From an uncultured Candidatus Saccharibacteria bacterium (GTDB taxonomy: Bacteria > Patescibacteriota > Doudnabacteria > UBA920), in NCBI GenBank assembly GCA_964594755.1, contig CAZQMO010000006.1, positions 1 to 57,903 of the forward strand: a stretch of DNA of 57,903 nucleotides. The letters are read 5' to 3'. The translations under genes and the position numbers were made by a program. Positions 9,614 through 18,790 of this stretch are shown piece after piece. The notes beneath the pieces were generated by a model. That model was not told the DNA's origin and made no database searches. It was given only the letters and a program-made list of their open reading frames with translations. How positions within the stretch are numbered: the stretch's first letter is position 1; each line of letters starts with the position of its first letter.

Positions 9614-9635
9614 GAGGTATTGTTTTGAATTTTTG

Positions 9636-9661
9636 CCAGCTACACATGTAGCTGGTTTTTT
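9636..9661 (+). terminator. Intrinsic terminator of the three-gene cassette
   Basis: CCAGCTAC-ACAT-GTAGCTGG-TTTTTT. Confidence 0.85.
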
Positions 9662-9663
9662 AT

Positions 9664-9689
9664 AAAAAAAAGAGCTGTAAAACAGCTCT
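9664..9689 (-). terminator. Intrinsic terminator for the minus-strand gene ending at 9766
   Basis: On the minus strand AGAGCTG-TTTTA-CAGCTCT followed by a T run. Confidence 0.75.
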
Positions 9690-9762
9690 GATGCAAGTCG
9701 ATGTGATAATGTGATGTATAATTGCATGTGATTATGTTGACTCGCACCTTGTTACGTAAGAA

Positions 9763-9780
9763 AAATTAAGATTGTTTTTC
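9763..9780 (+). repeat. 18-bp direct repeat, right copy (att-like)
   Basis: Identical to 6957-6974; encodes the last codons and stop (EKQS*) of the minus-strand gene. Confidence 0.75.
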
Positions 9781-10782
9781 ATCAGCAGGTGGGCCAGCTT
9801 TTGGTTTGGACCTGGGAGTGACTTTTGTAAACCCATCATCTACGGATGAGTCATCAGTAGTCACATTCGGAGCTGCCGGAGGAGTCACAGATTCAGTGTC
9901 ACTGTTGATAATGCTGACGTGCTCTGTAGACTTAATCCTGAGTTCTGAATTATTGAATCTTCTATAGTTGTACTGAGAGAATTTGTCTCTGATTTTACGT
10001 GCCCATTGAGGTTTCCCCAAGAACAAGTAAGAAATTGACCCAATTACAACTATTCCTAAAAGGATGTATAGAACAGTTTCCATCCACGGATTAATCGTAT
10101 CGTAGTACAACCCAGCGATACTAGTACCTAACCGGCTAAAGAAACCTGGCTCAGAATTTTCAGTTTCATTGGCCGCTGGTGTAGCAGTTGGTTCTGACTG
10201 AGGGCTTGATCCGTTACTCGGTTGCTGGTTGGACAACTTGGCATTTATGAGATTAGCGAGCTTTTGCTGAAACTTGTCATTGGCCGGTAGTTTTGAAATC
10301 ACTCGTTCACTAGTCTTTTCGGCCAAGTCATCTAACTGTGCATCAGTCAAGTTTTCTAGCCTAGAGACAGTGGTCGTTACAGCTTGAGTTCTGGGTGTGT
10401 TTGTTTGGTTCGCTTTTCTCCTTATCGAATTTAGAGATCGGCGAGCACTCAATGATTTTTCCGCAGCCATATAGGCTCGGTACTCTTGCCATTGCCCAGA
10501 GCTTTTATCATCAAGATTGTTGCCTGAGAGTAAAGACTTTTCTAGATACATTATATTGGGACGATTCCGGGCTTTACCTTTTTTCATCCTTCGTTTGCCG
10601 TCTTTATCATAACTACTGAAAGCAAACAATCGGTAATCAATGACCTGTCCGGTTTCGTCGCGCATAACGCCTTTGCGGTCAACGCTGACCGCCATCCGTG
10701 AATCAGACTGCGAGAACGCCAGTCCTGGGCTGATAATTGCTATCAGCATCAGAACCGCGAGCGCAGTTTTAAACTTACGCAT
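9766..10782 (-). CDS. Secreted/membrane-anchored hypothetical protein (signal peptide plus internal TM)
   Basis: Start moved to ATG 10782 (MRKFKTALAVLMLIAIISPGLAFSQ, signal-peptide-like) behind AGGAGG; promoter TTGACA(10857)-17-CAGAAT upstream. Confidence 0.75.
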   Translation of the reverse strand: MRKFKTALAVLMLIAIISPGLAFSQSDSRMAVSVDRKGVMRDETGQVIDYRLFAFSSYDKDGKRRMKKGKARNRPNIMYLEKSLLSGNNLDDKSSGQWQEYRAYMAAEKSLSARRSLNSIRRKANQTNTPRTQAVTTTVSRLENLTDAQLDDLAEKTSERVISKLPANDKFQQKLANLINAKLSNQQPSNGSSPQSEPTATPAANETENSEPGFFSRLGTSIAGLYYDTINPWMETVLYILLGIVVIGSISYLFLGKPQWARKIRDKFSQYNYRRFNNSELRIKSTEHVSIINSDTESVTPPAAPNVTTDDSSVDDGFTKVTPRSKPKAGPPADEKQS

Positions 10783-10963
10783 AGATTTTATCCTCCTATA
10801 TTTTTTGGTCAATTTGGATTGACTTAATATTCTGCCATATATTTTGGCTTCTGTCAAAGTTCGCTTGTGTATCTAGAAACTTGTGTTATAATAATTCAAA
10901 GTATTCTGGATCGAAACCCAAACAAAAGTTCGCAAGAATACAAACAAAAATTCAATTAAAATT

Positions 10964-11593
10964 ATGGATAAACACGCAAATTTGGCATTAATCGTGCAGA
11001 TGATTGAAGCGGCTGAAAAAAACATTCAGTCTGCTAAGCATTTGTTGCGAGAAATGGCGGGCGGAGCACCAGTCAGAGGCAGCAGCAATATTGCCGAAAA
11101 AGTAACTGGTTTGGCGGTTTTAGATGGCGGCAAGATTATTGAAGGCGTGTTTGACGGCCAAAATATGATTGGTCCGGACAACAAGCAGTACCCAGTTCCA
11201 GCCAACTATGCTTCTAAATCTAAACTCGTAGAAGGAGATGTACTTAAACTGACGATTGCTGATGACGGTTCCTTTATCTACAAACAAATTGGTCCGGTTG
11301 ATCGCAAAAAGATGATTGGGATGCTCCTGCAAGATGAAAACGGCGACTACAAAGTTATTGCTGAAGGAAAAACCTTCCGAGTATTGTTGGCATCGCTAAC
11401 TTATTTTAAAGCTCAAGCAGGGGATGAAGTTACTATCGTGGTACCTCAAGAAGGCGATAGCCAATGGGCTGCTGTAGAAAATGTGATTAAGCATGGCGCC
11501 GGTGGTGATTCAGAATTTAGTAGCGCTGCCGGTGGAATGGATCAGGACGTAGAAGCTGAGTCTTTAGCACAGCCAGAAACTGAAGAATTTTAG
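10964..11593 (+). CDS. Conserved hypothetical protein (CPR-type)
   Basis: EGVFDGQNM..YPVPANYASKSKLVEGD motif that I recall from CPR proteins; function unknown. Confidence 0.7.
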   Translation: MDKHANLALIVQMIEAAEKNIQSAKHLLREMAGGAPVRGSSNIAEKVTGLAVLDGGKIIEGVFDGQNMIGPDNKQYPVPANYASKSKLVEGDVLKLTIADDGSFIYKQIGPVDRKKMIGMLLQDENGDYKVIAEGKTFRVLLASLTYFKAQAGDEVTIVVPQEGDSQWAAVENVIKHGAGGDSEFSSAAGGMDQDVEAESLAQPETEEF

Positions 11594-11653
11594 ATAACAA
11601 TTATGATTTTTTTCATCGGGCTTGACTCAAACTATTAACAATTAGCCATCTCA

Positions 11654-12325
11654 ATGCAAAATACCGCACAACTCACACTGAACCAGAAAATTGCCAACTT
11701 GTTGGCAGCGAAGCCAGTTATTTTACAAATCTTGCGCTTTGGGGCAATCGGTACCCTGAACACAGCGCTGGATTTTATTATTTTGAACTATGTGACAGAA
11801 AGTTTCGGGGTAGTGAGCGGGGTTTCTTTGGGCCTACTCAACATTATTAGCTTTAGCGCGGCAGTAATTCAAAGTTATTTGTGGAATCGGGCATGGACCT
11901 TTGCTAGCTTCAACCTTACACCTTTCTCTAATGCATTTCGCTTAGTGGTTGTCGGGGCTTTAGGGTTAACAGCTTTCTTATTAGTCATTTTCGGTGGTTT
12001 GCAAAACGCGAGTACTAATTATTATTTACTCATTTTAATCGTCTTTATCGTAGCTGAAATAATCATTTGGTACGGTTTTGGTTTGAAGTTGTCGAGCAAG
12101 AACGAACAAGGTGTTGGCCAACAATTTACAGTTTTCCTTTTCATCAGTTTAGTAGGATTACTAATAAACAGCGGCATTGTGGCATTAGCCTCCACTGCCT
12201 TAGCACCTTCACTGTCTAGCTTAATTAACACCGCCAGCATTAAAAATGCTGCGAAAATCTTAGCTACCGGCGTATCTCTAGTCTGGAACTTCCTTGGTTA
12301 CAAGCTGATTGTGTTCAAAAAGTAG
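11654..12325 (+). CDS. GtrA-family flippase-like membrane protein (duplicated GtrA repeats)
   Basis: ILRFGAIGTLNTALDF, SYLWNRAWTF, second repeat FLFISLVGLLIN...WNFLGYKLIVF. Confidence 0.85.
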   Translation: MQNTAQLTLNQKIANLLAAKPVILQILRFGAIGTLNTALDFIILNYVTESFGVVSGVSLGLLNIISFSAAVIQSYLWNRAWTFASFNLTPFSNAFRLVVVGALGLTAFLLVIFGGLQNASTNYYLLILIVFIVAEIIIWYGFGLKLSSKNEQGVGQQFTVFLFISLVGLLINSGIVALASTALAPSLSSLINTASIKNAAKILATGVSLVWNFLGYKLIVFKK

Positions 12326-12345
12326 TCCCTTGACTTTTTTCACTT

Positions 12346-12371
12346 AAAACCGCTCAATTAAGAGCGGTTTT
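12346..12371 (+). terminator. Intrinsic terminator
   Basis: AAAACCGCTC-AATTAA-GAGCGGTTTT. Confidence 0.8.
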
Positions 12372-12412
12372 GTTATGGTATAATTAAGTAGAGATGGAAT
12401 TATTTAATATAT

Positions 12413-12518
12413 AGCCGAAGGATCGGGCTTTGCCCGTACTGAGGCAAAATTGGAAAGGGGAGGCAGGCCGCTTGCGGCCGTTGGAAGGGGAAAACCCTTT
12501 CTGGGTTTTCCCCTTCCA
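12413..12518 (+). ncRNA. Candidate structured 5'-leader element of dnaX (homologous to 44415-44565)
   Basis: Three hairpins between an extended -10 (TGG-TATAAT 12376-12384) and ATG 12530; aligns with the mraZ leader with compensatory pairs. Confidence 0.65.
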
Positions 12519-12529
12519 AGGTTATCTTT

Positions 12530-14077
12530 ATGGCAGTTTATTATCAGACTTACAGACCCCAAAATTTTAGTGAAGTTGTTGGTCAGGAATCTTTAGTAAA
12601 AGCACTACTTTCGGCTTCAAATTTGGGCAAAATTGGGCATGCTTATTTATTTTGTGGTAGCCGCGGGGTGGGGAAAACTACCTTAGCCAGAATTCTAGCT
12701 AAGGCCGCTAATTGTCCTAATTCAAAGAAAGGTGATCCTTGCGGAACTTGCGACGTATGCACAGCTATAGCTCGCGGCGCTTTTTTAGATGTTGTAGAGA
12801 TCGATGCCGCTTCTCATACTGGTGTAGACAATATTCGAGAGCTAATTGAGCGCATTAATTTTGGTCCAGCCCAAGGTAAAACCAAAGTCTTCATTATCGA
12901 TGAAGTTCACATGTTGTCTAAGGCTGCCTTTAATGCCTTACTAAAAACTTTAGAAGAACCGCCAGCACATGCATTATTCATTTTAGCCACTACCGATATT
13001 GATAAAGTTCCTGATACAATTGTCTCCCGAACGCAACGGTTTGATTTTCGTAAGATTACCCCTCCTCAAATCCTAGAAACGTTAAAACGAATTGTAAAAA
13101 AAGAAAAATTGAAGCTTGATGACACGGCTTTGCAAATCATTGTTGATAATAGCGAGGGCGGTCTGCGTGATGCGTTGTCTCAGCTATCCATGATTGCTGT
13201 GTTAGACAAAGATTCTAGTGAAGCTGATATTCATTTGTTACTTGGGACAACTTCCCGGGCCACAGTTTTGGAACTGTTATCCTTAGTGGCTTCTGGTAAC
13301 ACCTCAGCGATGCCTGAATTTTTTGCTAAGCAAACGGAACTGAATTTTGACCCCAATAGTTTTACTAGAAAAGTTTTACAGGTTCTGCAAGAATTGCTCG
13401 AAGATGATTTGGCTAAAACTGGCGGTGATCATGAACTGGCAGGAAAGTTTTTATTACCTCAATTATTACATGTAATGCGTCTTTATTTACGTGCTTACAA
13501 AGAAATTGAACGAGCTTTGAGTCCTGAACTTCCTTTGTTACTTGCTAGCATTGAGGCTGCGTTATATATGTCTGGTGGACGAGGTACAGCAGTTGGGAGT
13601 CAACCAGTTATCAATACTAGTACACAAAAATCACCACCACCAATCAATCAAGTGGTGGTTCAGGATTCTCCAGAAGATGTTGAGGTACAGGCTGTTATAC
13701 CTGTTCAAGTTCATACCGTGGTGGATGGTAATACTCCGGTTTTGGATCAAGCCCAAGTTTCTGTTTGGTGGCCAAATTTAGTAAATGAGATGCGTAAAGT
13801 TAATGGTCCTTTGGCTACGTTGTTACGGAATTGCCCAATTGCTTCCGTAGAAGGCAATAATGTCGTGGTCGCAGTAAAGTACCTTTTCCATAAAGAACAG
13901 CTGGAAAGCACCAAAATCCGTTCATTCATCAATGAACACTTAAGTAATCAAGCTGGTGGGCCAGTAATTTTCTCGGCAATTATCGATAAGCGTTTAACAG
14001 TGAGTGAACAAATTAATGACACTGCCACTGCTGTCTCAGATGCGTTAAGGATTTTTGGCGGCGAAGTCATAGAGTAG
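12530..14077 (+). CDS. dnaX: DNA polymerase III subunit gamma/tau
   Basis: YRPQNFSEVVGQ, GSRGVGKTT, Cys4 zinc module, IIDEVHML, SRTQRF. Confidence 0.97.
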   Translation: MAVYYQTYRPQNFSEVVGQESLVKALLSASNLGKIGHAYLFCGSRGVGKTTLARILAKAANCPNSKKGDPCGTCDVCTAIARGAFLDVVEIDAASHTGVDNIRELIERINFGPAQGKTKVFIIDEVHMLSKAAFNALLKTLEEPPAHALFILATTDIDKVPDTIVSRTQRFDFRKITPPQILETLKRIVKKEKLKLDDTALQIIVDNSEGGLRDALSQLSMIAVLDKDSSEADIHLLLGTTSRATVLELLSLVASGNTSAMPEFFAKQTELNFDPNSFTRKVLQVLQELLEDDLAKTGGDHELAGKFLLPQLLHVMRLYLRAYKEIERALSPELPLLLASIEAALYMSGGRGTAVGSQPVINTSTQKSPPPINQVVVQDSPEDVEVQAVIPVQVHTVVDGNTPVLDQAQVSVWWPNLVNEMRKVNGPLATLLRNCPIASVEGNNVVVAVKYLFHKEQLESTKIRSFINEHLSNQAGGPVIFSAIIDKRLTVSEQINDTATAVSDALRIFGGEVIE

Positions 14078-14120
14078 ACATTTTTTTCCAATCAAAAGTC
14101 AAAAAATTAATTTAAAAAAC

Positions 14121-15767
14121 ATGTTTGAAGACAAAAATAAAACTATAATGGCCGCGGTAATTGGATTCGCAGTTTTGGCCTTGGTTGTTGTCACTGTTTG
14201 GGAACCTGGGAGTTTATCCTTCCGTGATCCCACTGATTATGAGGAACAAGCTCGTTTGGCTCAAGAAGAACTCGAGCAGTACCGCGAACTGTTGGCTTCT
14301 ATTGAGCCAAATGTAGAAGCTAGTCAGCAGTTCTTGCAGAAAGTGGCAACCGAAGATTTGGTGCGAGAGGAAGTAGAAACAGCTTTGCAAACCAACCAAA
14401 GGATCACAATCCCACAAGTTGCTAATTCAGAAATAAATATCGCCAACCGTGATGATCGTGACTTTGTAGTCAATTACCTGAACGACACTCGTTCTATGAT
14501 GGCGAATTATTCAGAGTCAATTAAGGGAAGCGTTGATGACTTGTTTGCGCCCACTGGTAGTCCATCCGAATTGGCTCGTGCCGAAGCTTTGACAAATGAT
14601 TTTGTCAGTAATTGGAAAACGGTCAGTGTACCACCGTCAGCGGCAGAGCTACATAAGGCTAGTTTGGTTGCCCTGGATCAGTATGGAGATGTATTTACAG
14701 CGGCCAAAGACTACTCGAGTGTCCAGACCGAACAACCATGGTCAACGGTCTATAACAGGTATGCAGTAATTGATAACCGTTTAGCTACAGTTAAAACCGA
14801 ACTCGAAAAACTTAACGCCACCTTTGCGTTTGCGCCCCAAGAAGTAGAGTTACCTGATTTTAGTTTAGTAAAAACTGCCCAAGCGCAATTTGGCTTTGGT
14901 ACTATAGTCACCATAGACTGGCAGATGATTCTTTATGAAGGGATTCGTACTGGTCTAGCTCGTTCCTTCGCGCAATTTAGTATCAACATGATTGACAAGC
15001 TGGTGGGGCATATCGAAAAGAACTTTGCAATTGCCAGCCAACTTTATTATTCCAACGAACTTGGCCGTTTCTATTCGGTTGAGTACATGCAAAAGTTCGT
15101 ATCTGATCCATTAGATAGGGATATTATTTCTAAGTTTATACCAGAATATTTTTGTGTAAATCCGGACGGCCGGCAACTGCGTGATATTTTCGTTGCCAAA
15201 GCCAGGGAAAATGTCGGAACAGATTTAGTTATTAACCCATCTGACCCTGATTTCTTGCAGAAACTGGCTCGTCTTGGAGCTGATGAAAAAAATTATCCAC
15301 TCTGGTGGGAAGGTTATTATCAATCCTTAGCAGCACAAACTAAAGCAGAGGCAGACAGAGCTGCCACTAAAGAAGTGGTCAGTCCAGGTTTAAAGAGTGG
15401 TCGTGATATCGTGAATACTCAGATTCAGAAGACAGTTTCTTCAATTTTAGGGGTCCAGGAATCGGCCATTAGTGGAGCTATGCAACTTGGTACTAATAAC
15501 GCCGAAAACATTGCCAGTCAGTTAGTGGCCAGCATAGTTCAAAATTTGGTGAATAAGTTCATCTTTACCCCGTTATCCGGCGGGCAAACTTCTGGCCCGA
15601 GTGGTATTGGGATTATTGCTGAACGAAATGTCTGTTTGGGTACTGCGCAAATTAAACCATTAATTCCACTTCCTGAAGGTGGCTACCAAAATCCTGACCG
15701 ACCAACAGTTCCGCCACAAACCAGTGATCCAGGTAATTACCCTGGTACAGGTTTACCGCCGCGTTAA
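14121..15767 (+). CDS. Membrane-anchored extracellular hypothetical protein
   Basis: N-terminal TM, long helical body, Pro-rich tail. Confidence 0.75.
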   Translation: MFEDKNKTIMAAVIGFAVLALVVVTVWEPGSLSFRDPTDYEEQARLAQEELEQYRELLASIEPNVEASQQFLQKVATEDLVREEVETALQTNQRITIPQVANSEINIANRDDRDFVVNYLNDTRSMMANYSESIKGSVDDLFAPTGSPSELARAEALTNDFVSNWKTVSVPPSAAELHKASLVALDQYGDVFTAAKDYSSVQTEQPWSTVYNRYAVIDNRLATVKTELEKLNATFAFAPQEVELPDFSLVKTAQAQFGFGTIVTIDWQMILYEGIRTGLARSFAQFSINMIDKLVGHIEKNFAIASQLYYSNELGRFYSVEYMQKFVSDPLDRDIISKFIPEYFCVNPDGRQLRDIFVAKARENVGTDLVINPSDPDFLQKLARLGADEKNYPLWWEGYYQSLAAQTKAEADRAATKEVVSPGLKSGRDIVNTQIQKTVSSILGVQESAISGAMQLGTNNAENIASQLVASIVQNLVNKFIFTPLSGGQTSGPSGIGIIAERNVCLGTAQIKPLIPLPEGGYQNPDRPTVPPQTSDPGNYPGTGLPPR

Positions 15768-15772
15768 ATTTT

Positions 15773-17005
15773 ATGACTGAATTAGAAACCCCTACAACTC
15801 AACCAAAGGAGACTACTCCGAAAGTAGAAACTTCAACTCATCAAGCACCTTATTGGGTGGTTGTGTTAGCCTTGCTGGCTGGTATAGTTGGTGGTATGTA
15901 TGGTGCGCTAGATTTGGCTCAGCGACCGTTTTTTCAAAATCTTTTCGGACAAGGACCACAAGGTGTTGGTCTAAGTCAGACTGTTCAGGTCACGGAGGAA
16001 TCAGCGGTTACTAATGTAGTTAAAGAAGCAGGGCCAGCTGTGGTTTCGATCGTGATTTCAAAAGATGTTAGTCAGCAATTTGATTTTGATGCTTTTCGAT
16101 TCTTTGGGATTCCCGCTCCGCCTTCTTCACAGCCAAACATTCAAGAAGTTGGCGCAGGCAGTGGATTCTTTGTGAGCGATGATGGTTGGATAATGACCAA
16201 TAAGCACGTGGTCTTAGATGAAACCGCTACTTATACTGTAGTCACTAAAGACGGTGAGTCATATGAAGCTCAGGTGATGGCCCGCGATCCAAGTAATGAC
16301 CTTGCTCTGTTAAAGATTGAAATTAGTAATGCGCCGTATCTGCGTTTCGCTGATTCCGACACTTTACAGCTTGGTCAAGGGGTGGTGGCTATTGGGAATT
16401 CTTTGGGACAATATCAAAATACTGTGACATACGGGATTATTTCAGGTGTAGGGAGAAGTATTCGCGCTGGTGGTGGCGGAATTTCGGAGTTGCTTGAAGG
16501 GGTTATTCAAACTGATGCCGCGATAAATCAAGGAAATTCTGGTGGACCGTTGCTTAACTTAGCAGGTTTTGTGGTTGGTATTAATACTGCAGTGGATGTT
16601 AGTGGACAGTCAATCGGCTTTGCTATCCCTGCTAATGATGCCCGTATTGCTCTTGAAAGTTATCAAGCCAACGGTAAAATTTTGAGACCTTATTTAGGGG
16701 TTCGTTATACCATGATTACTCCAGCCTTGGCTAAAACCGATGAGCTGCCGAAGGATTATGGGGCTTTGATTGTTAGAGGTAGCGGTACAACTGATTTTGC
16801 GGTTTTACCTGGTAGTCCTGGCGATCGTGCTGGGCTACGAGAGGGTGATATAATCTTAGAGTTAAACGGACAGCGATTAGATGAAGATAATTCTTTAGCC
16901 AGAGCCCTACGCCGCTTTAAACCCGGGCAAAGAGTAGATGCAAAAATTTATCGTGATGGTGGCGAACAAACAATTACGATTGAGGTAGGAGAACGAACCC
17001 AATGA
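15773..17005 (+). CDS. htrA: HtrA/DegP-family serine protease with PDZ domain
   Basis: GSGFFV, TNKHVV, DLALLK, IQTDAAINQGNSGGPL, C-terminal PDZ (GDRAGLREGDII). Confidence 0.93.
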   Translation: MTELETPTTQPKETTPKVETSTHQAPYWVVVLALLAGIVGGMYGALDLAQRPFFQNLFGQGPQGVGLSQTVQVTEESAVTNVVKEAGPAVVSIVISKDVSQQFDFDAFRFFGIPAPPSSQPNIQEVGAGSGFFVSDDGWIMTNKHVVLDETATYTVVTKDGESYEAQVMARDPSNDLALLKIEISNAPYLRFADSDTLQLGQGVVAIGNSLGQYQNTVTYGIISGVGRSIRAGGGGISELLEGVIQTDAAINQGNSGGPLLNLAGFVVGINTAVDVSGQSIGFAIPANDARIALESYQANGKILRPYLGVRYTMITPALAKTDELPKDYGALIVRGSGTTDFAVLPGSPGDRAGLREGDIILELNGQRLDEDNSLARALRRFKPGQRVDAKIYRDGGEQTITIEVGERTQ

Positions 17006-17379
17006 AGATTTTAGGCATAGATTATGGTGAAAAACGGATTGGTTTGGCAGTCAGTGATGAAACTCAAACACTCGCAAGGGAACTAGATATTTGGGATCCG
17101 GAAAAGTTTTGGTCCCATATTGTAGAGTTGATCGACACAGAAGCCATCGTGCGGGTTGTGGTTGGATTGCCTCTAAACATGTCTGGAGAAAAAACTCAGA
17201 AATCAGAAGAAGTTCAGGCGTTCGTAGATGAGTTGAGTAAGTTAATAAGTCAACCTGTGGAAGTAGTAGATGAACGGCTTTCTAGCGTGATGGCTCAGCA
17301 AATTGCTGGCCAAGATAAAAATATTGACAGTTTAGCCGCCCAAATATTTTTACAAGGGTACTTAAATAGTAAGAAGTAA
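17002..17379 (+). CDS. yqgF: YqgF/RuvX RNase H-like nuclease
   Basis: ILGIDYGEKRIGLAVSD, VVGLP, VDERLSS, IDSLAAQIFLQ. Confidence 0.93.
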   Translation: MKILGIDYGEKRIGLAVSDETQTLARELDIWDPEKFWSHIVELIDTEAIVRVVVGLPLNMSGEKTQKSEEVQAFVDELSKLISQPVEVVDERLSSVMAQQIAGQDKNIDSLAAQIFLQGYLNSKK

Positions 17380-17393
17380 AGAGTAAAAAGTAA
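17368..17393 (+). repeat. Four AGTAA-core heptamer units upstream of the four-helix-bundle gene
   Basis: AGTAA at 17368, 17375, 17382, 17389 (exact 7-bp period). Confidence 0.8.
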
Positions 17394-17749
17394 TGAAAGA
17401 TACTAATTATCAACATTGGCCAGTATGGCAAAAGTCTATGGAATTAGTACTTAAGATTTATCAGTTAACTAATAATTTTCCAAAGTCTGAAATGTTTGGT
17501 TTGACTTCACAAATGCGCAGATGTGTGACTTCTATTCCTGCTAATATAGCCGAAGGAAGTAGAAGGAATTCTAAGAAGGAATTGCATAGATTTTTATCTA
17601 TAGCTTTTGGTTCTGGGGCAGAACTAGAAACTTTTTTACAGATAGTTTTATCGCTAAAATTTATAAAATCATACCAATTTAATGAATCATATTTGCTTTT
17701 GCAGGAAGTGATGAAGATGTTAAATGTAATGACCAAAAATACCAGGTAA
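17393..17749 (+). CDS. Four-helix-bundle protein (23S rRNA IVP/Avd-like family)
   Basis: VWQKSMEL..IYQLT..FPKSEMFGLTSQMRR..SIPANIAEG; markedly AT-rich. Confidence 0.92.
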   Translation: MKDTNYQHWPVWQKSMELVLKIYQLTNNFPKSEMFGLTSQMRRCVTSIPANIAEGSRRNSKKELHRFLSIAFGSGAELETFLQIVLSLKFIKSYQFNESYLLLQEVMKMLNVMTKNTR

Positions 17750-17755
17750 AACTGA

Positions 17756-17782
17756 TTACTTCTTACTATTTACTTTTTTACT
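17756..17782 (-). repeat. Four inverted TTACT-core heptamer units downstream of the four-helix-bundle gene
   Basis: TTACT at 17756, 17763, 17770, 17778 (7,7,8-bp period), reverse complement of the upstream units. Confidence 0.75.
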
Positions 17783-17785
17783 TTT

Positions 17786-18790
17786 ATGAGTCAATTTAGA
17801 CAAAATCCAATCAATAAACAATGGGTCTTAATTGCACCTAGTCGCAGTAAACGTCCGGAAGACTTTCGCACTTATAGTGTTGGTTTCGGCCTGCCTGAGT
17901 TAGATCCAAGTTGCGTATTTTGCCCAGGAAATGAGCACAAGAATCCGGATCTATGTGAGGATGTTTGTCGTGTCCCTAATGATAATAATTGGCAGCTACG
18001 CGTGATTTCAAATAAGTATTCAGCTTTAGAGGAAGCGAAGCTGTATCGGAATCGTGACTTTTATCATTCTCAAGCTGGTTATGGTGAACATGAAGTCATT
18101 ATTTCTCGTAAGCATAACGAACCACCAGCATTGCAATCTGCGGTGTTGGTCCAACAGACTTTAAAGATGTTCCAGGATCGCATCAAGACTATTCATCAAG
18201 ATCCCAAAATCAATTATGTGCAAGTTTTTCATAATCATGGTCGTGACGCCGGGGCCTCTTTAATTCACCCACATTATCAAATTTTAGCTACCCCAATGGT
18301 GCCACCACATATTCATGATGAAATGCGCGGTTGTTATCATCATTATCAGCTAACAGGACATTGTATTTATTGCGACATCATCAAGGAAGAAACAAAGATG
18401 CGTGATAGGATTGTTTATGAAGATGATTACTTTATTGTCATGTCGGCGTACGCTTCACGTAGTCCGTTTGAAACTTGGGTGTTACCTAAGCGACATCATG
18501 CGCGATTTGAAGCTACTTCTGATGTAGAGTTGCTTCATTTGTCACACGTGCTAAAAAAAGTGCTCGGTTCACTCTATGTAAAGTTATCTGATCCACCATT
18601 GAATTTTTATTTTCATTCCATGCCAAAGTCTTCAGATAAACATATTATTCAAGAAGAAAAAAGTTATCACTGGCATTTAACCATTTTCCCAAGACTAACG
18701 ATCTGGGCAGGGTTTGAATATGGTACTGGGATTCCAGTTAACCCAATGGCTCCAGAAATGACTGCTCAGTTCTTAAGAGGGGAGTTGTAA
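17786..18790 (+). CDS. galT: GalT-like hexose-1-phosphate nucleotidylyltransferase (HIT superfamily)
   Basis: WVLIAPSRSKRP, CVFCPGNE, GASLIHPHYQ (HxHxQ). Confidence 0.85.
   Translation: MSQFRQNPINKQWVLIAPSRSKRPEDFRTYSVGFGLPELDPSCVFCPGNEHKNPDLCEDVCRVPNDNNWQLRVISNKYSALEEAKLYRNRDFYHSQAGYGEHEVIISRKHNEPPALQSAVLVQQTLKMFQDRIKTIHQDPKINYVQVFHNHGRDAGASLIHPHYQILATPMVPPHIHDEMRGCYHHYQLTGHCIYCDIIKEETKMRDRIVYEDDYFIVMSAYASRSPFETWVLPKRHHARFEATSDVELLHLSHVLKKVLGSLYVKLSDPPLNFYFHSMPKSSDKHIIQEEKSYHWHLTIFPRLTIWAGFEYGTGIPVNPMAPEMTAQFLRGEL

Noticed and set aside
9612-9650. AGGAGG followed by an 8-codon TTG ORF after the cassette's last gene
   Set aside because: Too short and runs into the terminator stem; at most a remnant of a truncated fourth gene.
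9700-9736. Three ATGTGAT copies in the cassette's right flank
   Set aside because: Irregular spacing in AT-rich sequence and no gene start nearby to regulate.
12413-12518. SRP RNA (ffs is often upstream of dnaX), c-di-GMP-I riboswitch or hammerhead ribozyme
   Set aside because: No helix-8 CAGG/GGAA/AGCAG signature, the GCAAA/GAAA-like words lack the required pairing, and there is no CUGANGA core; judged by eye, so an Rfam scan is still needed.
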